Positions 21,268-30,877 of a stretch of DNA of 64,000 nucleotides are shown here, piece by piece; positions within the stretch are counted from its first letter, which is position 1, and each line of letters starts with the position of its first letter. The translations under genes were made by a program, and so were the position numbers. The stretch is taken from positions 224,001 to 288,000 of the forward strand of contig JAHPZE010000001.1 in assembly GCA_019058365.1 (NCBI GenBank). Reading direction: 5' to 3'. The notes beneath the pieces were generated by a model. It searched no databases, had not been told where the DNA came from, and saw only the letters and a list, made by a program, of their open reading frames with translations. The stretch comes from Promethearchaeota archaeon. Its GTDB lineage: Archaea; Asgardarchaeota; Lokiarchaeia; Sigyniarchaeales; SOKP01.

Positions 21268-22662
21268 ATGAGAAAAATAATCGCTAAGATGTTAATTCAC
21301 AAATCTGGGAATAATACGTTTATTTATGTTATTGCGATGGTATCAGGACTAAGCGGAATGTTATTTGGTTATGATACTGGTGTCATTTCTGGGGCTATTC
21401 TGTTTATCAAGCAAGAATATACTCTTTTACCATTTATACAGGGATTAGTTATTAGTGCTGTATTAATTGGAGCAATAATCGGAGCATTTATTGGTGGAAC
21501 GTTAGCAGATCGTTATGGACGAAGAAAAATGATTATTGTAGCAGCAATTATATTTACTGGGGGTGCCATTGGAACCTCATTAACACTAAATATAATTTTC
21601 TTGATCATTGGAAGAATAATTGTAGGAATTGCTATAGGGATGGCATCCTTTATTGCTCCACTCTATATTTCTGAAATGTCTCCACCAAGGATTAGAGGAT
21701 CATTAGTGTCCTTAAATCAATTATTTATTACTATAGGAATTGTTATATCTTACTTGGTGGATTATGCTTTTACTCCTATAAGTGGTTGGCGTTATATGCT
21801 TGGTTTAGCGGCTATTCCCTCACTTATATTATTAATTGCAATGACCTTTATGCCAAATAGCCCACGATGGCTAGTTAATAATAGAAAGATGGATAAAGCA
21901 CGTTCTACCTTGATTGAGATTCGAAGGACTAATAATATCAATAATGAACTCAATGAAATAATGACTAGCCTAGATAAGCAAAAAGGAGGGAGAAAAGAAC
22001 TGTTTAGTCCTTTAATAAAACCTGCAATGATTGTGGGTATATCATTAGCAATTTTCCAACAAGTTACTGGAATTAATACCGTGATATATTATGCTCCGAC
22101 GATTTTTGAATTTGCAGGATTTCAATCAGCTGCAGCTGCTATCTTTGCTACAATCATAGTTGGAATTGTGAATGTAGGCTTTACTCTTGTTGCGATATTT
22201 TTGTTGGATCGCGTCGGTCGGCGTAAATTATTGTTACTCGGTTTAGCTGGTATGAGTGGGATGCTCATAATGTTAGGGATAGTATTCTTTTTACCAAGTT
22301 TATTAAATCAATTAGGAACATTAGCTGCAATTGGTTTAATTTCTTATGTTGCCTTTTTTGCTATAGGGTTAGGACCAGTCTTTTGGTTATTAATCTCCGA
22401 AATATATCCTCTAAAAGTTAGAGGTCTTGCGATGAGCATTGTAACAGAGGCTAATTGGGGATCTAATTTAATCATTGCGTTAACCTTTTTAACTCTGATT
22501 CAATTATTGGGACGTGCAGGTACATTTTGGCTTTATGCTGTTGTAGGAATATTGGCATTAATCTTTACGTATGTTTATGTTCCAGAAACTAAGGGAAGAA
22601 CCTTAGAAGAAATTGAAGAACATTGGCGTGGTGGAAAACATCCACGAGAATTGGGGAGATGA
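21268..22662 (+). CDS. Sugar porter family MFS transporter (GalP/AraE-like)
   Basis: GMLFGYDTGVISGA, DRYGRR, PLYISEMSP, QQVTGINTVIYYAP, DRVGRR, PETKGRTLEEI. Confidence 0.95.
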   Translation: MRKIIAKMLIHKSGNNTFIYVIAMVSGLSGMLFGYDTGVISGAILFIKQEYTLLPFIQGLVISAVLIGAIIGAFIGGTLADRYGRRKMIIVAAIIFTGGAIGTSLTLNIIFLIIGRIIVGIAIGMASFIAPLYISEMSPPRIRGSLVSLNQLFITIGIVISYLVDYAFTPISGWRYMLGLAAIPSLILLIAMTFMPNSPRWLVNNRKMDKARSTLIEIRRTNNINNELNEIMTSLDKQKGGRKELFSPLIKPAMIVGISLAIFQQVTGINTVIYYAPTIFEFAGFQSAAAAIFATIIVGIVNVGFTLVAIFLLDRVGRRKLLLLGLAGMSGMLIMLGIVFFLPSLLNQLGTLAAIGLISYVAFFAIGLGPVFWLLISEIYPLKVRGLAMSIVTEANWGSNLIIALTFLTLIQLLGRAGTFWLYAVVGILALIFTYVYVPETKGRTLEEIEEHWRGGKHPRELGR

Positions 22663-22668
22663 TATTTT

Positions 22669-25089
22669 ATGAATCAAAAAGAAGTATTGTATGATGGTGA
22701 GGCACCAGGACATCCTGGAAAAGATCCCAGTTGGACATCAAGTGCAAAAGATGGAATAGGAACATCTATATCTCGTGAAAGCTTAGTTTGGTTTACATTA
22801 TCTAATGGTATCGTTGATGAAGTATATTATCCTCGTATTGATCAAGCAAATATTCGAGATCTTCAATTTCTTATTTCTAATGGCATTGATCTTTTCGAAG
22901 AAGAGAAAATTGACTGTGATCATAAGATTTCAACGTTAGATGAAGGAGTTCCTGCATATAAGATTACAAATACATCACATAAAAGAAGATATACAATAGA
23001 AAAAACAATTCTAACTGATCCTAGAAGGGATGTACTCTTGTTAAAAGTAAAATTTACACCTTTAAAAGGAAATTTTGATGATTACCATCTTTATACAATT
23101 TTGAATCCTCATGTCAAAAACTTTGGTTATGGCAACGATAGCTGGGTGGGTGATTATAAAGGCATTCCCATGCTTTTTGCTCAGAGAGAAGATGTTGTTT
23201 TAGCATTAGCATGTTCTACACCATTTATTAAAATGAGCTGTGGATTTTATGGTATAAGTGATGGTTGGCAAGATATTAATAAAAATCATACCTTATCACA
23301 TCAATATTCCCGTGCTTCAAATGGAAATGTTGTTATAACAGGAGAAATTGATTTAAAAGCAAGTAATGGAAACTTTATTTTAGTCGTTGCATTCGGAAAT
23401 AATCCGGCAGAAGCAGGTCAACTTGCCCGTAGTACTTTGTTTAATGATATTGATCAAATAATTGAGGCTTATACCCTATCTTGGTTAGAATTTCAGCAAA
23501 AATGTATGAATTTAGGCCAAGTTGGAAAAAAAGGATTCAATATTTACCGGTTGAGTATTGTAGTCTTAAAGACTCATATGGATAAACGTCTTTCAGATGG
23601 CACAATAGCGAGTTTATCAATTCCTTGGGGATTCGCTAAAGGGGACGATGATTTAGGAGGGTATCACTTAGTGTGGCCTAGGGATCTTGTTGAAACTGCA
23701 GGTGGACTTCTTGCAGTGGGAGCTAATATAGAAGCTTTACATATTATGATTTATTTAATGAGTACTCAAAATGAAGATGGACATTGGCCTCAAAATATGT
23801 GGTTAGATGGAACTGAATATTGGCATGGAATACAAATGGACGAAACTGCTTTTCCAATATTACTTGCGTATGCTCTAAAAAAAAATGGGCAGCTTAAAAA
23901 GATCAATATTTGGCCTACTATAAAAAAGGCTGTGAGCTTTTTAGCATGTAATGGTCCAGTCTCTCAAGAAGACCGATGGGAAGAAGATCCAGGTTATTCT
24001 CCCTTCACTTTAGCAGTAGAAATTGTTGCTCTGCTCATTGCATCAGAATTTGCTAAAGAAGCAGGGGAATCGTTAATTGCTAAATATTTAACAGAAGTAG
24101 CGGACTATTGGAATTCTAATATCGAAAAATGGACTTATGTTAAATATTCACATCTCACCGAGAGACTGTATGTTGAAGGTTATTATGTTCGAATAAGTCC
24201 TCCTGATTTTTCAGATGCACCCTCTCCCAAGGATGGTTATGTCCCTATTAAAAATAGACCTCCTGGTGAAAATAGAGCTCTTTTTGAATATATTGTTAGT
24301 CCTGATGCATTAGCTTTGGTACGATTTGGATTACGTGCTGCTGATGACCCAAGAATCGTCAATACAGTAAAAGTTGTTGATTCTATGTTAAAAACAGAAA
24401 CTTCAACTGGTCCTGTATGGCATCGTTATAATAAAGATGGATATGGAGAACATTTAAATGGAGATCCTTTCGATGGTACTGGAATTGGTAGGGGGTGGCC
24501 TCTTTTAGCAGGTGAACGTGCCCATTATGAACTAGCGAAAGGAAATATTGATCGAGCAGAAAAGCTTTTAAAAGTAATGGAAATGCAAGTTGGTTCGGGA
24601 GGACTCATTCCCGAACAAATTTGGGATGCAGAAGATATACCTCATAAGAATTTATTTAACGGGCATCCTTCAGGTTCTGCTATGCCCTTAGTCTGGGCGC
24701 ATTCTGAATATGTAAAATTAGTGCGATCATTAGAAGACAACAATATTTTTGATATGCCGTTTCTAACCAAACAGAGATATGTAAAAGAAAATCATCCTTC
24801 AAATCTAAAAATATGGAAATATAATCATAAATGTTCTCAAATGGATGTAGGAAAGATCTTGAGAATTGAATTAAGAGTTCCAGCCAGAGTTAGATGGTCC
24901 ATTGATGATTGGAAGACAATTCAAGAATCCGAAACAATTGATACAGGTTTAGGTATCTATTATGTAGATTTACCGACTAAAGATTTGAGTGAACAAGTAA
25001 AGTTGAGTTTTACATTCCATTGGTTAGCTCAAGATAAATGGGAAAATATTAATTATGAAATCGAATTGACCAATAAGAGTTCTGATTAA
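22669..25089 (+). CDS. Glucoamylase/glucodextranase, GH15 with N-terminal beta-sandwich domain
   Basis: APGHPG..P.WTSSAKDG, EVYYPRID, GGYHLVWPRD, QMDETAFP, DRWEE, RYNKDGYGE, GRGWPLLAGER, IPEQIWD, SAMPLVWAHSEY. Confidence 0.92.
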   Translation: MNQKEVLYDGEAPGHPGKDPSWTSSAKDGIGTSISRESLVWFTLSNGIVDEVYYPRIDQANIRDLQFLISNGIDLFEEEKIDCDHKISTLDEGVPAYKITNTSHKRRYTIEKTILTDPRRDVLLLKVKFTPLKGNFDDYHLYTILNPHVKNFGYGNDSWVGDYKGIPMLFAQREDVVLALACSTPFIKMSCGFYGISDGWQDINKNHTLSHQYSRASNGNVVITGEIDLKASNGNFILVVAFGNNPAEAGQLARSTLFNDIDQIIEAYTLSWLEFQQKCMNLGQVGKKGFNIYRLSIVVLKTHMDKRLSDGTIASLSIPWGFAKGDDDLGGYHLVWPRDLVETAGGLLAVGANIEALHIMIYLMSTQNEDGHWPQNMWLDGTEYWHGIQMDETAFPILLAYALKKNGQLKKINIWPTIKKAVSFLACNGPVSQEDRWEEDPGYSPFTLAVEIVALLIASEFAKEAGESLIAKYLTEVADYWNSNIEKWTYVKYSHLTERLYVEGYYVRISPPDFSDAPSPKDGYVPIKNRPPGENRALFEYIVSPDALALVRFGLRAADDPRIVNTVKVVDSMLKTETSTGPVWHRYNKDGYGEHLNGDPFDGTGIGRGWPLLAGERAHYELAKGNIDRAEKLLKVMEMQVGSGGLIPEQIWDAEDIPHKNLFNGHPSGSAMPLVWAHSEYVKLVRSLEDNNIFDMPFLTKQRYVKENHPSNLKIWKYNHKCSQMDVGKILRIELRVPARVRWSIDDWKTIQESETIDTGLGIYYVDLPTKDLSEQVKLSFTFHWLAQDKWENINYEIELTNKSSD

Positions 25090-25201
25090 TTGATAATTCA
25101 ATTTAATCTTATGAACATTTGAGTTAAGTCTATTTGGTCTCTATTATTGTACAGGCAAAAATGTATAAAAAAATTTTTATTCGAATAGTTTGAATATGGC
25201 G

Positions 25202-25319
25202 TAACTATTCAGGAATAATAATTGAATGATCTTCTTTTATTCGGTCTAAGACAATTTCAGTTTTAACCTCTTCAACTCCAGGAAGGTTGCGAAGGATTTC
25301 AATAAGACACTTAGAATCT
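25202..25319 (-). repeat. Orphan copy of the 3' end of the Lrp/AsnC gene (partner 27597-27714)
   Basis: 100/118 identical with no indels by hand alignment; encodes DSKCLIEILRNLPGVEEVKTEIVLDRIKEDHSIIIPE*. Confidence 0.9.
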
Positions 25320-25421
25320 CGCAATAATTGTAAAAATGTAGTAATAGTGAAGTAAATCAATTTTTCAGGATAAACTCAGGATGAATTATATAAAAAAAAG
25401 AAGAATTAAGGAAATTAGGAA

Positions 25422-27398
25422 TTATACTAGTGTTGCTCGTTTTTTCATAAAGATATAGACAACGGCGATTACTGCGACTCCTCCGACTATAGACACAACG
25501 ACTACAACTATAATAACGGTTGGATCTATTCCACCAGCAGGGATACTTTTAGTAATCGTTACTTCTTCAAACGTGAGATTTCCTAAAGTATCATTAGCGT
25601 AGAATGTAATAGTAACTGATCCTTCAGATAGAGCAGCCCATGCGGCTTGATCAATAGTACCATTCGTAATAATATCAAATGTTGTTAAACCTCCATCAAG
25701 AGAATACCACATGGAGTCCAAGTGGTCATCTGTAACTGTAATTACGAAATTGGGGGCAGTAGTACCAAATTCGCTTCCAGCAGAAGGTGAATTGATTGTA
25801 ATAGTTGGAGCTTGAGTGTCTTTTTCTATGCTTAACTCAGCAGATCCAATATTTCCTACTAGATCTGAAGCATAAACTGTGAAAGTAATACTACCGTCAG
25901 ATAAGGCATCCCACGCTAATTGTTCAATAGTTCCAGTAGATCCAATAAATGTAAAGTTATGCATCCCTCCGTCAATTGTGTACCAAGTTTCATCAAGAAA
26001 ATCGTCTGTAATAGTAACACTAAAATCTGGGGCGTTAGTTCCAAAAACATCATCCTCAGAAGGACTATTAATGATTATTGATGGAGGTCCATCTTCCGCT
26101 ATTGGGAAGTAATCTATACTATTCGCTGAACCTTTAATGTAAGTGTATGGAGTATCTACAATTCCATCAGGTTCTGAATCTGGACCTGTCCAATTATCCC
26201 AGTAATTACCAATTGACGTGCTATTCCAAGTGTTATCAGTTCCATCATCAATCGCATGTATTCCATTTTCCAGAAAGAAATTTTTATAAATTGAGTTGTT
26301 ATCACACCCTGAAGCAATACGTATTCCCTGAGTATTATTATAGAAGATATTTTCAATTATGTCATTGTAATCGCAATTATTTTCTAGATATATCCCTGTA
26401 TCATCATTGTAGTTTGCGGTGTTTCCCGTGATGTTAGTGTAATGGGATTGATGTAAATATATCCCGAATTTAGTATTATTGTTAGCTGTGTTATCCGAGA
26501 TCGTGTTATCATAGCAATTAATAGCTAAATAAATCCCTCTTAAATTTTTATTTACGGTGTTTCCCGAGATGGTGTTATTATCGCAATCAAGATATAATGC
26601 TATCCCATAATAATTGGTATTTTCACTTGCGGTGTTTCCCGAGAGCGTGTTTCTAGAGCAATAAGAATCTAAAGTTATCCCATAATTGTTGAGGCTTGCG
26701 TTGTTTCCCGAGATCGTGTTATCATCGCAAGAATAGAAATATATCCCTGTATCATCATTATTACTTGCGGTGTTTCCCGAGAGGGTGTTATTATCGCAAT
26801 CAAGATTTAATCCTATCCCAAAATCGTTGAGGCTTGCAGTGTTTCCCGTGATGTTATTATCATCACAATTCATGGATAAATAAATCCCGTATCCAATGTT
26901 ATTATTTACGGTATTTCCCATAATTATGTTATCATCACTTTCATATAGGTATATTCCATAAGAATTATTATATGCTCGATTATCTACTATTTGTCCATTT
27001 GTGACATTATTTAATTTAAGTCCAGCGAAGCTAGCAACAGGGATATCTTTAAATGTAGAATTCTGAACTATAAAATACTTTCTTGAATTTTGAATTAGTA
27101 GGCAATCACTTGGACCTGCTGAGAGAAAGATCGAATCTTCTATTACGTAGGGAGTTCCCTTCGTTCCATCGCCTTTAGTACACCATGGTTGAGTTCTTGC
27201 CCATGTCCAATTCCCCCAACTCGTTCCGTTATTCGTAAGTGTATCGTCAATAAATATACCATTATAAGTACCTGAAATCTTTGGATTCTCAATTATAGGC
27301 TTATAATTACTACTGAAATTAAAATTATAATTAAGAATTAACGGAAAAATTAGTCCGATTACTAATAAAATAGCTAAATTTTTTGTTTTAGATTTCAA
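25422..27398 (-). CDS. Cell-surface protein with NosD/PbH1 right-handed beta-helix, two Ig-like repeats and a C-terminal TM anchor
   Basis: Signal peptide, about 10 repeats of the type GIYL..CDNNTISGNTA.NN, GNYWDNW, two P.I.INSP...APDF...DD.LD..WY..DGG repeats, TM plus KKR tail. Confidence 0.88.
   Translation of the reverse strand: MKSKTKNLAILLVIGLIFPLILNYNFNFSSNYKPIIENPKISGTYNGIFIDDTLTNNGTSWGNWTWARTQPWCTKGDGTKGTPYVIEDSIFLSAGPSDCLLIQNSRKYFIVQNSTFKDIPVASFAGLKLNNVTNGQIVDNRAYNNSYGIYLYESDDNIIMGNTVNNNIGYGIYLSMNCDDNNITGNTASLNDFGIGLNLDCDNNTLSGNTASNNDDTGIYFYSCDDNTISGNNASLNNYGITLDSYCSRNTLSGNTASENTNYYGIALYLDCDNNTISGNTVNKNLRGIYLAINCYDNTISDNTANNNTKFGIYLHQSHYTNITGNTANYNDDTGIYLENNCDYNDIIENIFYNNTQGIRIASGCDNNSIYKNFFLENGIHAIDDGTDNTWNSTSIGNYWDNWTGPDSEPDGIVDTPYTYIKGSANSIDYFPIAEDGPPSIIINSPSEDDVFGTNAPDFSVTITDDFLDETWYTIDGGMHNFTFIGSTGTIEQLAWDALSDGSITFTVYASDLVGNIGSAELSIEKDTQAPTITINSPSAGSEFGTTAPNFVITVTDDHLDSMWYSLDGGLTTFDIITNGTIDQAAWAALSEGSVTITFYANDTLGNLTFEEVTITKSIPAGGIDPTVIIVVVVVSIVGGVAVIAVVYIFMKKRATLV
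26400..26940. repeat. Intragenic tandem repeats of about 69-72 bp encoding beta-helix turns
   Basis: gtttcccg-containing unit recurs about eight times. Confidence 0.8.
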
Positions 27399-27599
27399 AT
27401 TGTTGCACCTAAATTTTGTTTAGATGTGTATGTTAAGATAAACCAATATATAACGATATATATTTTCTTTTTATCAATACTCTTTGCGTATAAAAACAAT
27501 ATAATATGATTTGACACTAATGTTCGAATTTGATCGTTGAGATCTTTAAAGTATTTGTGTTTAATTTTAAAAGTCAAAAACACTTTTAGATTTGTTTAA

Positions 27600-28067
27600 C
27601 TACTCAGGAATAATAATCGTATGATCTTCCTTAATTCGATCTAAGACAATTTCAGTTTTAACTTCCTCAACTCCTGGAAGATTACGAAGTGTTTCTATAA
27701 GCCCCATAGAGTCTGAATGATCTAAACATTTTGCCATGATAAATAAAGGATACTCTCCTGTGACAACATAGGCATATTTTATTTTTTCCATCTTCTCAAT
27801 TTCGTTTTTAACATCCTCTAAAGGATTTGTTGCATTTACTCTCAGTGATGCCATTACCATTTCACGATATCCTAATTGGCGACAATCGATTAATGCGACA
27901 TACTTTTTAATTAATTCCTTTTCAAGTCGTTGAATACGGGCTCTTATAGCAGTAGCACTTTTATTTGTTTGATGAGCAATTTCTTTAATAGTTATTTTTG
28001 CGTCATCTTGTAATAACTCAAGAATTTGTCGATCTATATCATCAAGAGTTCCAATTGTTGATACCAT
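27600..28067 (-). CDS. Lrp/AsnC family transcriptional regulator
   Basis: LDDIDRQILELLQDDAK HTH, VTGEYP, LPGVEEVKTEIVL RAM domain. Confidence 0.92.
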   Translation of the reverse strand: MVSTIGTLDDIDRQILELLQDDAKITIKEIAHQTNKSATAIRARIQRLEKELIKKYVALIDCRQLGYREMVMASLRVNATNPLEDVKNEIEKMEKIKYAYVVTGEYPLFIMAKCLDHSDSMGLIETLRNLPGVEEVKTEIVLDRIKEDHTIIIPE

Positions 28068-28129
28068 AAAATTAATCCCTTTGATAATTTTTCAAGTTTT
28101 GTTATAACTGTTTATAGTTTATTAGTTTC

Positions 28130-28275
28130 TTACTTTCATTAGAAAGTAATATGTTCTATTTTTAATATAGAAGTTTTGATTTATAATTTTTTTTACTACA
28201 AACTTATGATCATATAGTTTTATTTATTAATAAATAATATGTTTATAGAAAAAAAAACTATACTTTAAATATGTA
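28130..28275. promoter_or_regulatory. Divergent lrp/tusA promoter region with candidate operator palindromes
   Basis: ttactttc-atta-gaaagtaa (28130-28149), tatgatcata (28205-28214), TATA-like tttaaata near 28264 preceded by an A-rich stretch. Confidence 0.45.
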
Positions 28276-28369
28276 ATTATATTTTTAATCTATAATGAGT
28301 ATCAAATTTAAATTAATATGATACCCAAAGTGAAAAAAATAAAAAAAAAAACTAAAAAAAGTGAAAAAA

Positions 28370-28594
28370 ATGGCTGTTAAAACATATAATTATACGGGCT
28401 TAAAATGTCCGATGCCAGTTTTGAAAACAAAAAAGGAGTTAAGAAATTTAGCTTCTGGAGAGGTTATGGAAGTAATCGCTGATGATGTAGGGGCTAAAAA
28501 AGATATTCCAGCACTTCTCAATAAAAGTGGTGACGAGTTAGTAGAACTTCGAGAAGACAACGGTAATTTAATTTTTGTCATTAAAAAAGCTTAA
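28370..28594 (+). CDS. tusA: Sulfur carrier TusA family protein
   Basis: GLKCPMPVLKTKKEL, VIADD.GA..DIP. Confidence 0.92.
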   Translation: MAVKTYNYTGLKCPMPVLKTKKELRNLASGEVMEVIADDVGAKKDIPALLNKSGDELVELREDNGNLIFVIKKA

Positions 28595-28623
28595 ATCGCA
28601 TTAAACGGAGTAAGGATATTACT

Positions 28624-28992
28624 ATGTCTAAATATGTTTTCTTTATTAGCACGGAACCTTATAAATATCAAGCTGTAGATACTCTTATAGAAATAGGCAA
28701 AGCTGCAATAAGAAAAGGACATGAGATAACGGGTATTTTTTTCTTTGGGACTGGTGTTTATAATCTTAAAAAGGAGATTAGTTGCGGAACTTCATTAAGA
28801 AATATCCCAGAGAAAATTGAAAAATTTTCCAATGAGAACAAAATTCCAATATCAGGGTGTAGTACATGGGTCAGTATAACGGGGCTTAAAGAATCAGATT
28901 TTATTGAAGGTGCTACTGAAGAGGGTTTAGGAGATTTTTCAGATTGGGTAATTAACGCAGATAAATTAATTGTATTTGGAGCTGGAGGTTAA
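28624..28992 (+). CDS. dsrE: DsrE/TusD-family sulfur relay subunit
   Basis: GHEITGIFFFGTGVYN, conserved Cys in ISGCSTW, GLGDFSDWVINADKLI; position in the E-F-H triad. Confidence 0.8.
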   Translation: MSKYVFFISTEPYKYQAVDTLIEIGKAAIRKGHEITGIFFFGTGVYNLKKEISCGTSLRNIPEKIEKFSNENKIPISGCSTWVSITGLKESDFIEGATEEGLGDFSDWVINADKLIVFGAGG

Positions 28993-28997
28993 GAATT

Positions 28998-29366
28998 ATG
29001 GTAGAATCTGTGGTAATAATAAGTGATCAATCTCCAATTGGTAGAAATTCTACTGTTGAGAGTATTAGAATTGGTTCAGGATTTACGGCTCTTGGAGAAT
29101 TTGTTGACTGCAAAATTGTATTTATGGGAGATGCTGTGTATTTATTTAATAAGAATAGCGATCCTGAAGCTGTGGGAATGGATTCTTTGGCAGAAGTATT
29201 AGAGATGGCTGATTTATCTGATTTAGAGGTATATATTCTTGAATCTGCTTTAATTGATGCAGGCTTAACTAAAGCTGATATGATTGACTATGAAAATTTG
29301 AAAATTATTGGATACGATGAACTAACAGATTTAATTGCTAATGCAGATACATGTTTTAGATATTAA
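28998..29366 (+). CDS. dsrF: DsrF/TusC-family sulfur relay subunit
   Basis: SPIGRNSTVESIR, VFMGDAVY, EVYILESAL..AGL. Confidence 0.78.
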   Translation: MVESVVIISDQSPIGRNSTVESIRIGSGFTALGEFVDCKIVFMGDAVYLFNKNSDPEAVGMDSLAEVLEMADLSDLEVYILESALIDAGLTKADMIDYENLKIIGYDELTDLIANADTCFRY

Positions 29367-29382
29367 GAGGGGATAGAAAAAG

Positions 29383-29724
29383 ATGACAGAAAATCTTGAT
29401 ATGGTGTATTTGTTTGGATATAGTGGATTAACAGGGAATCAATTACAGAGATTATTACCTATTTTGAAAAGTCAAATTAAAAAAAATGCAAAGCTTGGAT
29501 TAGTTTTAATTCATGATGGCGTAATAGGCATAACAACAAAGGGAAAGATACAAAAAGAATTGGAAGAACTCCTCAGTTTGAATGTAGCTGTATTTGCTAT
29601 GAGATCAGACATGAAAGCTCGAGGTATAGCTCCAGAATACATTCATGACAAAATTAAATCTATAGATTATGATGATCTAATAGATGTTATTGATGCTACG
29701 CCAAAAGTAGTATCTTGGATGTAG
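29383..29724 (+). CDS. dsrH: DsrH/TusB-family sulfur relay subunit
   Basis: LIHDGVI, DMKARGI, IDYDDLIDV...VSW. Confidence 0.8.
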   Translation: MTENLDMVYLFGYSGLTGNQLQRLLPILKSQIKKNAKLGLVLIHDGVIGITTKGKIQKELEELLSLNVAVFAMRSDMKARGIAPEYIHDKIKSIDYDDLIDVIDATPKVVSWM

Positions 29725-29743
29725 TAAGACGAGAAAATCAAAA

Positions 29744-29795
29744 TCAAAAAATTTTTTGATAATTTCTGGGTAAAACCAGAAAATTTATAATATTA
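29744..29795. promoter_or_regulatory. Inverted repeats and TATA-like element before the dsrE2-like/hdr genes
   Basis: atcaaaa..ttttgat (29744-29760), tttctgg-gtaaaa-ccagaaa (29763-29782), then tttataat. Confidence 0.35.
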
Positions 29796-29843
29796 AACAA
29801 AAAAAAGGAAATTTCCAAAAAAAAACAAAAAAAGGTGGTATAT

Positions 29844-30266
29844 ATGGCTGAAAACGGAACAATAAATTTTATTGTAAAGGACAAATCATTCGAAAAGTTC
29901 GCAATGATGATGATCCTTGGAACAACAGGTGATGCTATGGATACAAAAATGAATTTTTTCTTTACTTTTTGGGGTTTGAATCTTCTAATGAAGAAGTTTA
30001 AACCAAAAGTTGCAGGAATGCCTACTCCTATGAAAGGTATGGGAGCTAAGATATTCTTAAAAAGAATGAAGAAATTCGGAATTGAAGATCCATGGGCAAT
30101 GATTAAAGAAGCGGTTGATAACGGAAATATGAAATTATATCCATGTCAAATGACAATGGAGTTAATGGGGATTAAGAGAGAAGATTTGCTTGATTGGGTC
30201 GAAGAACCTGTTGGTGCTGCCTCATTTTTAGAAATGAGTAATGGTGGCCAAATAGTTTCATTATAA
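29844..30266 (+). CDS. DsrE2/DsrE3-like (DrsE_2) sulfurtransferase
   Basis: FFFTFWGLNLL, YPCQMTMELMGIKREDL, VGAASFLE. Confidence 0.88.
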   Translation: MAENGTINFIVKDKSFEKFAMMMILGTTGDAMDTKMNFFFTFWGLNLLMKKFKPKVAGMPTPMKGMGAKIFLKRMKKFGIEDPWAMIKEAVDNGNMKLYPCQMTMELMGIKREDLLDWVEEPVGAASFLEMSNGGQIVSL

Positions 30267-30317
30267 TAAATATTAAATTATTTTTTTTTATTTTTAACAA
30301 AAAAAAAGTGATGATTA

Positions 30318-30875
30318 ATGTCAGATATAAAAGAAGAACACCGTGAGTATAAAACGGATGAAGATTTTGATCAAGAATTTTTTAAAAATATAGAAAGAAA
30401 ATCAAATATATGGCAGTGCATCCAATGTGGAACTTGCACGGCAAGCTGTGAAAGTGGAAGATGGACTGCTTTAAAAACTCGTTCAATTATAAGAAAAGTT
30501 GTATTAGGAGATTTATCGGTATTAAAAGATCCAGATATATGGCTTTGTACGACATGTTATCAGTGTTATGAGCGATGTCCACGTGATGTAAGACCTACCG
30601 ATGTAATTATGGAGTTAAGAAATTATGCTACAAAACTAGGAAATATTTCTCCTAATCATAGAGCTGTTGTAGGTTATCTAAAAAACTTTGGACATGCTGT
30701 ACCAATAAATGATGAGGTAAGAAAACGACGAGTCGAATTAGGATTAGAAGAATTACCCCCTACTGCATTTAAATTTAAACAAGAGGGGGATAATAAAGAT
30801 TTAAAGAATATTGAAGAAAATATGTTTGAATTACCTCCAGTTAAGGAGGATAAAAAAGAAGAGGAGGAGGCATAA
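30318..30875 (+). CDS. hdrC: Heterodisulfide reductase subunit C
   Basis: CIQCGTCTASC and IWLCTTCYQCYERCPR; GHAVPIND. Confidence 0.93.
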   Translation: MSDIKEEHREYKTDEDFDQEFFKNIERKSNIWQCIQCGTCTASCESGRWTALKTRSIIRKVVLGDLSVLKDPDIWLCTTCYQCYERCPRDVRPTDVIMELRNYATKLGNISPNHRAVVGYLKNFGHAVPINDEVRKRRVELGLEELPPTAFKFKQEGDNKDLKNIEENMFELPPVKEDKKEEEEA

Positions 30876-30877
30876 AA

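Noticed and set aside
20721-25461. Classical integrative element or transposon with att sites or target-site duplication
   Set aside because: No integrase or transposase is present, and the repeats are diverged and interleaved. Reported instead as orphan gene tails.
26400-26940. CRISPR array or DGR template/variable repeats
   Set aside because: The repeats are in-frame protein repeats without unique spacers, and no cas or reverse transcriptase gene is present.
28624-29724. Dissimilatory sulfite reductase pathway
   Set aside because: No dsrAB, dsrC or dsrMK in the window; DsrEFH-like genes alone do not support it.
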